Shown here in pieces: positions 47,382 to 55,269 of a stretch of DNA of 64,000 nt (positions are counted from its first letter, which is position 1; every line of letters begins with the position of its first letter). The position numbers and the translations under genes are program-made. The DNA comes from Coriobacteriia bacterium (GTDB lineage: Bacteria; Actinomycetota; Coriobacteriia; Anaerosomatales; PALSA-660). The notes beneath the pieces are model-generated. The model searched no databases. It saw only the letters and a program-made list of their open reading frames with translations, and had not been told where the DNA came from. Location: assembly GCA_025361885.1 (NCBI GenBank), contig JANYJF010000008.1:3800-67799 (forward strand), written 5' to 3'.

Positions 47382-48521
47382 CTACCGGCTTTCCTCCTTC
47401 TCGTGCAGCCCGCAGAAGCGGCTGCCGGGGCGCGACTTGTTGCGACACCGGATGCCGGACGCGGTGACCGCTTCGCAGCGGCCGTCGCCCTGGTCCGCGG
47501 ACGTCTCCCCGCCGCCGGCGGCAGGTTTGGCCAACCCGGCCGTGACCGCCTGAGACGAGGACTTGATGTCGATGCGCCATCCGGTCAGCTTCGCGGCGAG
47601 GCGGGCGTTCTGCCCCTCCTTGCCGATGGCCAGCGAGAGCTGGTCGTCGGGGACGATGACCGTGGCGGAGTGCTCGGGGTCGGAGATGATGACGTTGTTG
47701 ACCTTCGCCGGGGACAGAGCGTGCGCCACGAAGGTCGCCGCGTCGTCCGACCACGGCACGACATCGATGCGTTCGCCGCGAAGCTCGGCGACCACCATGC
47801 GCACGCGGGAACCCTTGGGACCGACGCAGGCGCCCACCGGATCGAGGCCCGGCTCGCGCGAGGAGACCGCGATCTTGGAGCGCATGCCCGGCTCGCGCGC
47901 CACCGACTTGATCTCGACGATGCCGTCGTAGATCTCGGGGACCTCGAGTTCGAAGAGGCGCTTGAGCAGGCCGGGGTGCGTACGCGACACGACGATGGAA
48001 GGCTCCTTCGTCGTCTTGCGTACGTCGATGATGTAGGCCTTGATGCGCTGGTTGTGGTCGTAGCGCTCCGTCGGCGGCTGCTCGTTGGGCGGCAGAAGCG
48101 CCTCGACGCCTTCTCGCAACTTGATGAGTGTGTAGCGCGAGTCCGACTGCTGGACGGTGCCAGTGACGGAGTCGCCCACCCGGTCCTGATACTCGTCGAA
48201 GATCTGCTCGCGCTCGGCATCGCGGATCATGCCGAGGATGACGCTCTTCGCGGTCTGAGCGGCGGTGCGCGAGACATCCGCGGGAGTCACGTCCTGCTCC
48301 TCGAACACCGGCTCTTCCTCGGTGCCGCCCACCGGGACGAGCTCGTAGACGCGGATCTTGCCGGTCTCCCGGTCGATGACCACGCGACAGTCGTTCTCGA
48401 GGTCGAGGATCTTCCTGTAGGTCTGGGCGAGGTTGGACTCGAGCCTGTCGAGCATGCCCAGCTCATCTATGTTCTTCTCGCGCGCAAGTGCGCGGAGGGC
48501 GTCCATAAGCTCGGAACTCAT
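47382..48521 (-). CDS. nusA: transcription termination/antitermination factor NusA with an extra C-terminal Cys3-His tail
   Basis: The start was reset to MSSELMDALRALAREKNI (ATGA overlap with rimP). S1 and two KH domains, ending ..GRCEAVTASGIRCRNKSRPGSRFCGLHEKEESR. Confidence 0.93.
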   Translation of the reverse strand: MSSELMDALRALAREKNIDELGMLDRLESNLAQTYRKILDLENDCRVVIDRETGKIRVYELVPVGGTEEEPVFEEQDVTPADVSRTAAQTAKSVILGMIRDAEREQIFDEYQDRVGDSVTGTVQQSDSRYTLIKLREGVEALLPPNEQPPTERYDHNQRIKAYIIDVRKTTKEPSIVVSRTHPGLLKRLFELEVPEIYDGIVEIKSVAREPGMRSKIAVSSREPGLDPVGACVGPKGSRVRMVVAELRGERIDVVPWSDDAATFVAHALSPAKVNNVIISDPEHSATVIVPDDQLSLAIGKEGQNARLAAKLTGWRIDIKSSSQAVTAGLAKPAAGGGETSADQGDGRCEAVTASGIRCRNKSRPGSRFCGLHEKEESR

Positions 48522-49012
48522 GCCGATTCGCCCTTCCCTTCCTGTCCGAAGTCGATCGTCACTCGCAATTTCGCCTTGGTGATGGCGTGGTGCGGGACGC
48601 GGTATGCACAGCCGTCCACGTCGACGAGGACATCCGAGCCCTCGACGCCGGTGATGGTCCCGTTGAAGCGCTTGCGGCGATCGACGGCCATCTCGGTGCG
48701 GATGTCCGCGGTGCTGCCGACGAACCGCTCGAAGTCGACGAGTCGGCGCAGCGGACGTTCGATCCCGGGCGATGAGACCTCGAGTGTGTAGGAGTCGGAG
48801 AGCTGCTTGACTCCGTCGAGTGCCTCTTCGATCCATTCGTTGGCTGCGGAGATCGCCGCGATGTCGATGCCTCCGTCACGGTCCAGGTATACGCGCACGG
48901 TAGGCGCGTGCTTGTGACCGACGACTTCGACCGCGACGAGCTGGAGCTTGTGCTCCTCGGCCCGAGGTTCGAGAAGGGCGGTCAGCGTGGTGGCAAGATC
49001 GGATGATGCCAT
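48518..49012 (-). CDS. rimP: ribosome maturation factor RimP
   Basis: The start was reset to MASSDLATTLTALLEP (AAGGAGG upstream). ..VRVYLDRDGG..LEVSSPGIERPL.. Confidence 0.88.
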   Translation of the reverse strand: MASSDLATTLTALLEPRAEEHKLQLVAVEVVGHKHAPTVRVYLDRDGGIDIAAISAANEWIEEALDGVKQLSDSYTLEVSSPGIERPLRRLVDFERFVGSTADIRTEMAVDRRKRFNGTITGVEGSDVLVDVDGCAYRVPHHAITKAKLRVTIDFGQEGKGESA

Positions 49013-49101
49013 GGTGTGCAGACCTCCTTCTTCGCAGAACAAAAGAAGCGAGCATTGAGCCCACTTCTCGCAGCCAGCCTGTCCTTCAGTACCGCAGGTG
49101 G

Positions 49102-49130
49102 ATTCTACCCGTCGCGTGCGGGCCGGTCAA
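49102..49130 (-). promoter_or_regulatory. near-consensus promoter for the rimP-nusA-infB operon (TTGACC-17 nt-TAGAAT)
   Basis: -35 at 49125-49130 and -10 at 49102-49107 on the minus strand, about 90 nt upstream of the rimP ATG. Confidence 0.6.
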
Positions 49131-49181
49131 CGTCGAAGGGGTGTTCGCGGCGCCGTCGAAGCCCTCCCGCCGGGTCGCGTG

Positions 49182-49988
49182 TCAGGGCATTCGGACCGCA
49201 GCGGTGACGAATGCGGCCCCGACGCGGTAGACGTCGTCGTCCGCGAGGTCGAACCGGCCGAGCTTCCCCGCGTCTCGGCGAAGGGAGACCCGGATGGCAT
49301 CTCCCGCAGGGTCCGAGCTCAGCGGGACGAGAACATCGGTCTCCGTCCCGGCAGCGACAGGTGCGATCCCGAGGATGGCGCCGGCGCGGGGGGTGCCCGC
49401 CGCGAACTCGACGACGGCCCATGAGGCGTCGGGGACGGTGACGCTCGCGATGGTGACCAGGCGCGGGGTGGTGAGTGTCGCTCCCGTCACCGACGCGCTC
49501 CCTTTTCGCGCGGAGGCTCCGACCTGAGCCACTCCGACGCGGGCGACGACCGCACGGCCATCGACCACGTACGGCTTGTCCCTGCTGGTCGCCATGTCGG
49601 CCATGTTCGCCTCGAACACGCCCGGCGTTCCTCCGTCTGCGAAGAGCGAGATCCACAGCGCGGGTGTCAGGTCGCCCATGGAAGTGAGCTTCACCTCGGC
49701 CGCGGTGGTGGTTCCCGCCGGGACGCGCTTGGTGCCCACCGGCATGCCCGGCGCGCCGTTCGCGTCCAGCCGAACGACGATCCAGGAGGCTGCCGGCGCG
49801 ACCACGCGCACGACACGTATGGAGTCCATGACACCCGTCTGGTTATCCGCCTCGATCAGCGCCGTTCCACGTCTCACGGCGATACCGGCCATCGGCGAAC
49901 CGGCGCCCGCGTAAGTCAGCACCGCCAGCAGCACGATCTCCAAGACGACCACTGCGGCCAGGAGCGCTCGGCGGGTCGTCGGGTTCAC
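49182..49988 (-). CDS. membrane-anchored protein with two tandem beta-rich repeat domains; function unknown
   Basis: N-terminal TM helix (LLAAVVVLEIVLLAVL). Internal duplication: IRVVRVVAPAASWIVVRLDANGAPGMPVGTKRVPAGTTTAAEVKL versus VTIASVTVPDASWAVVEFAAGTPRAGAILGIAPVAAGTETDVLVPL. Confidence 0.6.
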   Translation of the reverse strand: MNPTTRRALLAAVVVLEIVLLAVLTYAGAGSPMAGIAVRRGTALIEADNQTGVMDSIRVVRVVAPAASWIVVRLDANGAPGMPVGTKRVPAGTTTAAEVKLTSMGDLTPALWISLFADGGTPGVFEANMADMATSRDKPYVVDGRAVVARVGVAQVGASARKGSASVTGATLTTPRLVTIASVTVPDASWAVVEFAAGTPRAGAILGIAPVAAGTETDVLVPLSSDPAGDAIRVSLRRDAGKLGRFDLADDDVYRVGAAFVTAAVRMP

Positions 49989-49992
49989 GACG

Positions 49993-51762
49993 CTACCCGG
50001 CCGGGTGAGCGGTCTTGGGCGCGAGCGCGGCCCGGGCGGAGGCGACCAGCGCGGCGACGTGCTCCGTTACCTCGGTCAGTGCCACCGATGTCCGCTCGCC
50101 GCTCGCGCGGTCCTTGACCTCGGCGATACCCTCGGCGACGCCTCTCTTGCCAACGACGACCTGGTATGGCCAGCCGATGAGGTCGGCGTCCGCGAATTTG
50201 ACGCCGGCGCGCTCGTCACGGTCGTCGATGACCGTCTCGATGCCCGCTTCGGCCAATCGGATGGCAAGGTTCTCCGCCGTGTCAGCGACCTCGCCGTCGA
50301 CCGCGAGCGGGATCACCGCGACCTCGAGTGGAGCAACGGTGACAGGCCATGCGACACCCATCTCGTCGGCTCGCTGCTCGATGACGGCCGCCAGAGACCT
50401 GGAGACGCCGACACCGTAGCAGCCCATGAGGAACGGCTTCTCGCTGCCGTCCTCCGCAGTGAACGTCGCGCCCATCGATTCGGAGTACTTTGTGCCGAGC
50501 TGGAAGACCTGGGAGACCTCGATCCCGCGCGCCCCGAGCAGCGGAGTGCCGCATACAGGACACCCGTCGCCAGCCTGAGCCACGACCAGGTCGGCCCATC
50601 GGCCCACCTCGAAGTCGCGCCCGGGCATCGCGTGCAGGAAGTGGTAGCCGTCCTCGTTCGCGCCCACACCCCACGAGACCTCGTCGCGAAGGGCGTTCTC
50701 GGCCACCACGATGGTGCCAGGCTTGGTGTTGACCGGGCCGAGAGAGCCCTTGGGGATGTCGAACGTCGCGAACTCGGCCTCGTCGAGAAGCCGAACGCCC
50801 GCGACGGCCAAACCCGCCTTGATGGGATTGAGCTCCCGGTCACCCGGGACCAGGAAGAAGGCCAGACGGCCATGATCGGGCGAGGCCGGATCGTCGACGA
50901 CGCCCGCCATCGTCTTGACGGTGTCGTGCGCGGAGATGCCGACGAAGTCGGCCAGTTCCGCGATCGTGTGGATGTCCGGGGTGTGGACCTTCTCCATCGG
51001 ACGGGCGACGGTGACCGCCGGGTGCCGCGGCACGACGGTGGAGGCCGCCTCGGCATTGGCGGCAAAGTCGCAATCCTCGCAGTAGACCAAAGCCGCTTCG
51101 CCCTCGTCCGCGAGCGCCATGAACTCGGTCGTGACCTTGCCGCCGATCTGTCCGGAGTCCGCCTCGACCGGACGGAAATCGAGACCCAGCCTCTCGCAGA
51201 TGCGCGCATAGGCTCTCGACATCGCCTCGTACGTCTCCTGCAGAGATTCTTGCGAGGCGTGGAAGCTGTAGGCGTCCTTCATGATGAACTCGCGGCCGCG
51301 AAGCAGCCCGAAACGAGGCCTGATCTCATCGCGGAACTTGACTTGGATCTGGTAGAGAGAAAGGGGCAGCTCGCGGTACGAGCGGACATCGTGCCGCACG
51401 AGCGAGGTGATCAGCTCCTCGTGCGTCGGACCCAGGCAGAAGTCCCGCCCATGGCGGTCCTTCAGGCGCATGAGCTCGGGCCCGTAGACGTCCCAGCGGC
51501 CCGACTCGAGCCACAGCTCGGCTGGCTGCATGGCGGGCATGAGCATCTCCTGTGATCCGATCGCGTCCATCTCCTCGCGCACGATCTGCTCGATCTTGCG
51601 GAGGCTGCGCCAGCCGAGTGGAAGGAAGCTGTAGACGCCGGCGGCGGTCTTTCGGATCATCCCCGAGCGGAGCAGGACCCTGTGCGACGTCACATCGGCC
51701 TCCGCCGGGTCTTCCTTCAAAGTCGGCGCGTACAGGGCGCTCATGCGCACTACGTTGCTCAT
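49993..51762 (-). CDS. proS: proline-tRNA ligase (bacterial type with INS editing domain)
   Basis: 589 aa. Class II motifs (..FRDEIRPRFGLLRGREFIMKDAYSF.., ..GCYGVGVSR..). Confidence 0.95.
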   Translation of the reverse strand: MSNVVRMSALYAPTLKEDPAEADVTSHRVLLRSGMIRKTAAGVYSFLPLGWRSLRKIEQIVREEMDAIGSQEMLMPAMQPAELWLESGRWDVYGPELMRLKDRHGRDFCLGPTHEELITSLVRHDVRSYRELPLSLYQIQVKFRDEIRPRFGLLRGREFIMKDAYSFHASQESLQETYEAMSRAYARICERLGLDFRPVEADSGQIGGKVTTEFMALADEGEAALVYCEDCDFAANAEAASTVVPRHPAVTVARPMEKVHTPDIHTIAELADFVGISAHDTVKTMAGVVDDPASPDHGRLAFFLVPGDRELNPIKAGLAVAGVRLLDEAEFATFDIPKGSLGPVNTKPGTIVVAENALRDEVSWGVGANEDGYHFLHAMPGRDFEVGRWADLVVAQAGDGCPVCGTPLLGARGIEVSQVFQLGTKYSESMGATFTAEDGSEKPFLMGCYGVGVSRSLAAVIEQRADEMGVAWPVTVAPLEVAVIPLAVDGEVADTAENLAIRLAEAGIETVIDDRDERAGVKFADADLIGWPYQVVVGKRGVAEGIAEVKDRASGERTSVALTEVTEHVAALVASARAALAPKTAHPAG

Positions 51763-51797
51763 GCTCGGGTCGTCTCTTCCGTGTGCGGGCGGGTGAT

Positions 51798-51827
51798 GCC
51801 CGGGACTTCGCTGCGCCTGTCCCGGGC
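51798..51827 (-). terminator. stem-loop after the Rossmann mini-protein gene
   Basis: GCCCGGGAC-12 nt-GTCCCGGGC (9-bp perfect stem). Confidence 0.5.
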
Positions 51828-51838
51828 GGGGATCCGAT

Positions 51839-52231
51839 CTAGCCGATGCCGTTGTCCTCAGGGTGCATCGACGGAATGAGCGTGTCGGAGTCTTCGACGA
51901 GGCTGATCATCAGTCGTGCGACCAAGTCGTGCAGGATGATCGTGTGCCGGTTGCCTTCCTGGATGAAGGCATCCTTGAGCTGGCGCTTGAGAGAGGTGTC
52001 GCCGGAGACCTCGATGAGCAGGTCGATCTCGTCGCCCTTGGCGGCGAAGACCAAGGCATCGGTGGTGAAGAAGATGCCGTTGCTGCGCGCCATGGCGGCG
52101 CCGGGGCTGTCGGGGTCGACGTCAGCTACCCCGACGACGTCGATGTAGGGCACATCGATGAACCGTTCCAGCAGCGGCGTACCAGTGCGCCCGCCTCCGA
52201 CGACGGCCACGCGGACAGTCTCTTGTGACAT
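51839..52231 (-). CDS. stand-alone 130-aa Rossmann-type dinucleotide-binding mini-protein; function unknown
   Basis: ATG 52231 with GAGGAG upstream. VAVVGGGRTG (GxGxxG) and VVGVADVD (acidic residue at the end of strand 2, typical of NAD preference). No catalytic C-terminal domain. Confidence 0.6.
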   Translation of the reverse strand: MSQETVRVAVVGGGRTGTPLLERFIDVPYIDVVGVADVDPDSPGAAMARSNGIFFTTDALVFAAKGDEIDLLIEVSGDTSLKRQLKDAFIQEGNRHTIILHDLVARLMISLVEDSDTLIPSMHPEDNGIG

Positions 52232-52272
52232 GCTCGGCTCCTCTGTGTGGTGACCGGCCCCCATGGTGCCGA

Positions 52273-52305
52273 CCCTCTCCAGCAGGATAGCGCAAGCGGA
52301 GAGGG
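52273..52305 (-). terminator. stem-loop between nuoN and the Rossmann mini-protein gene
   Basis: CCCTCTCC-17 nt-GGAGAGGG (8-bp stem). Confidence 0.4.
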
Positions 52306-52349
52306 CTGCGCTCGTGCGAGGTGCAGGGCAGACCCTCGGACGTGACGCC

Positions 52350-53783
52350 TCAGAGGGCGCCGAGGAACAGCGGGATGCCGAGGACCCCGGTGACGAGCGT
52401 CGCTGTCACGGCCAGGACCAGCGCGATGCGAAGCGGCACCGGGATGCGCTCGATCGCGCGCCCCTCCGGCAGATCACGCTGCACGAGGTCGCCGTACATG
52501 TTGGAAGCGATCTTGAGGTAGTAGCCGACGGAGATGACGGTGGTCACCAGACCCACCAGCGCGAGCAGGGGAAGCCCGTGCGCGACCGCGGACTTGAAGA
52601 GCGCGAACTTGCCGAAGAATCCGGCGAGCGGAGGCGTTCCGGCCAGCGAGAACAGGAAGCAACCCATGGCCAGCGCCAGCACAGGATAGCGTCGCGCGAG
52701 TCCGTCGAAGTCGCCGATCGTGATGTGGCGGTCCTCCCCCATCCCGAGCACGACGAAGAAGGCGCCGAGGTTCCCGAAGGTGTAGACCACCAGGAAGAAC
52801 AGCAGCGCCGCCTGCGAGTCCGCGCCGCCCGCGATGATCGCGATGAGCATGTAGCCCGTGTTCGCGACTCCCGAGTACGCGAGCATCCTTCGCACGTCGT
52901 CTTGCATGAGTGCCACGATGTTGCCGTAGACCATCGAGAGCACCGCGATCGCGATGAGGAACCACTTCGCGATCGGGTAGCCGGTCGAGAACGCGGGGCC
53001 GAGGATGCGGAAGATCGCCAGCATGATGGCGACTTTGGGGACGGTCGAGATGTATGCCACGACCTGCGTCGAGCCGCCCGCGTACACATCCGGGCTCCAG
53101 AAGTGGAACGGGAACGCGGTGACCTTGAATCCGAGGCCGAGGATGAGGAAGAAGAACGCGAACTGCAGGACGCCGAGCCGGGCCGCGGACAGGTGCGAAG
53201 GGTCCGGGAACAGCGCGTGAACGTAGCTGATGGTTCCGAGCGAGCCGTACAGCAAAGCCATGCCGTACAGCATCACCACGCTGGCGAACATTCCCAGCAG
53301 GAAGTACTTGAGACCCGCCGCGATAGCCCGGGCGCGCGTCTTGTGGATGGCGATGAGCGCATATGTGGGCAGGGCCAGCAACTCGATGCCCAAGAACAGC
53401 ATCAGCAGGTTCTGTCCGGACACGATGACGACCTCGCCGAGCAGTGACAGCACGAACAGCCCGAAGAACTCGACCGCGTTCTCCTCGCCGTGCACGTCCC
53501 ACGATGCCAGCACGACAAGCACTCCAGCCGAGCCGAACAACAGGCGTCCGAACGTGGTCACCGAATCCAACTTCGCGGCTTCCGAGAAGTAGAGACCATA
53601 GAGCGAGTGGGCGTTGGCCGCCACGAGTCCGGCGAGCCCCAGCGCGATCAGGAGGGCGGCGAGCGTGGCGTGCCTCATGTACGGGTGCGTGCGCGGCCAT
53701 AGCGCCCCACACACGAGCATGCCTGCCCATGCCAGGGTGAGAACGATCTCAGGCGACCATGCGAGCCAGGCGTTCAGGTACAC
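52350..53783 (-). CDS. nuoN: NADH-quinone oxidoreductase-like complex, subunit N (antiporter-like)
   Basis: 477 aa polytopic Mrp-antiporter-like protein, last gene of the nuo array. Confidence 0.85.
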   Translation of the reverse strand: MYLNAWLAWSPEIVLTLAWAGMLVCGALWPRTHPYMRHATLAALLIALGLAGLVAANAHSLYGLYFSEAAKLDSVTTFGRLLFGSAGVLVVLASWDVHGEENAVEFFGLFVLSLLGEVVIVSGQNLLMLFLGIELLALPTYALIAIHKTRARAIAAGLKYFLLGMFASVVMLYGMALLYGSLGTISYVHALFPDPSHLSAARLGVLQFAFFFLILGLGFKVTAFPFHFWSPDVYAGGSTQVVAYISTVPKVAIMLAIFRILGPAFSTGYPIAKWFLIAIAVLSMVYGNIVALMQDDVRRMLAYSGVANTGYMLIAIIAGGADSQAALLFFLVVYTFGNLGAFFVVLGMGEDRHITIGDFDGLARRYPVLALAMGCFLFSLAGTPPLAGFFGKFALFKSAVAHGLPLLALVGLVTTVISVGYYLKIASNMYGDLVQRDLPEGRAIERIPVPLRIALVLAVTATLVTGVLGIPLFLGAL

Positions 53784-53784
53784 C

Positions 53785-55269
53785 TCACCGCCCGATGATC
53801 GCGGCGAGCGCGGTGGCCGCGGGGTTGATGATCGCCAGGAACGGCTGCGGATACAGCCCGAGGAACAGCGCGAAACTCATGAGAGGCACGAGGGGCAGGA
53901 ACTCGGTGGCCCTCAGTTCGCACGGCATCTCGCAGATCGCCGAATCCTCGGTGGGCGGCGAGAACACGCACTGCTGCAGCATCCGGAGGAAGTACGCCGC
54001 AGTCAGCACGATCCCGATGACCGAGATGCCGGCGACCCAGCCGAATGCCTGATAGCCGCCGAAGAGCGTCATGAACTCCCCGACGAAGCCCGACAGCGCG
54101 GGAAGCCCCAGTGAGGCGAAGGACGCGAAGGCGACGATCACGCCCAGGACCGGGATAGTCGTGACGATGCCTTTGAGTCTCGCGATCTCCTTGGTGTGAT
54201 AGCGCTCGTAGATCATCCCCACCAAGAAGAACAGCATGCCGGTGATGATGCCGTGGTTGAACATCTGCATCACCGCGCCGTCGATCCCGGCCACCGTGGC
54301 GGACGCGATGCCCAGGACCACGAAGCCCATGTGCGACACCGAGGAGTAGGCGACCATCTTCTTGAGGTCCTTTTGGGTGAGAGCGACAGCGGCGCCGTAC
54401 ACGATGCCGATGACACCCAACAGGCCCAGCGAGAACGAGAAGTACTTGAACGCGTACGGCAGCGCCGGCAGCGAGATGCGCAGGAAGCCGTAGCCGCCCA
54501 TCTTGAGCAACACGCCGGCCAGCAGCACGGACCCGACCGTGGGCGCCTCGACATGCGCGTCGGGAAGCCAGGTGTGGAAGGGGAATATCGGCACCTTGAC
54601 CGCGAAGCCGAGGAACAAGCAGCCGTAGATCCACAGCTGCTGCTGCATGCCGAACTTGCCGGCCTGCCCCCATTTCGCGATCTCGACGAGGTCGAAGGTC
54701 TTGGGGCCCCACATGTACAGGAGCATGAGCCCGAGCAGCATCACCACCGAGCCGATGAGCGTGTAGATGAAGAACTTGACGGAAGCGTATCGGCGGCGCT
54801 CCCCGCCCCAGATGCCGATCATGAAGAACATCGGCACCAGCACGATCTCCCAGAACACGTAGAACATGATGCCGTCCAAGGCGATGAAGACCCCGATCAT
54901 GCCCACCTGCAGCAGGAATAGCAGGAAGAAGAACGTCTTGACCTGCTCCTTGAGTCGCCATGAGTAGATCGCACACAGCAGGGTCAGCAGCGACGCCAGG
55001 AACACCAGCGGCAGGGACAGGCCGTCGATGCCCAGGTGGTAGGTCATGCCTATGACCGGCACCCACTCGCGCACCTCCACGAACTGCATGCCGGGCGCGC
55101 CTGTGGAGAACGCGCCCATGATCAGCACCGTCCAGACGAACACCGCGGAGGTCCCGACTATGCCGAGCACCTTCACCGCGCGATCGTTGCCACTGGGTAG
55201 CAGCAGCGTCGCCACTCCGAAGAGCAGCGGCATCGCCACCAGGATGGTCAGAGCGGGCAGTCCCGTCAT
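53785..55269 (-). CDS. nuoM: complex I subunit M (antiporter-like)
   Basis: The start was reset to MTGLPALTILVAMPLL (ATGA overlap with the nuoL stop). ..WLPDAHVEAPT.. Confidence 0.88.
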   Translation of the reverse strand: MTGLPALTILVAMPLLFGVATLLLPSGNDRAVKVLGIVGTSAVFVWTVLIMGAFSTGAPGMQFVEVREWVPVIGMTYHLGIDGLSLPLVFLASLLTLLCAIYSWRLKEQVKTFFFLLFLLQVGMIGVFIALDGIMFYVFWEIVLVPMFFMIGIWGGERRRYASVKFFIYTLIGSVVMLLGLMLLYMWGPKTFDLVEIAKWGQAGKFGMQQQLWIYGCLFLGFAVKVPIFPFHTWLPDAHVEAPTVGSVLLAGVLLKMGGYGFLRISLPALPYAFKYFSFSLGLLGVIGIVYGAAVALTQKDLKKMVAYSSVSHMGFVVLGIASATVAGIDGAVMQMFNHGIITGMLFFLVGMIYERYHTKEIARLKGIVTTIPVLGVIVAFASFASLGLPALSGFVGEFMTLFGGYQAFGWVAGISVIGIVLTAAYFLRMLQQCVFSPPTEDSAICEMPCELRATEFLPLVPLMSFALFLGLYPQPFLAIINPAATALAAIIGR

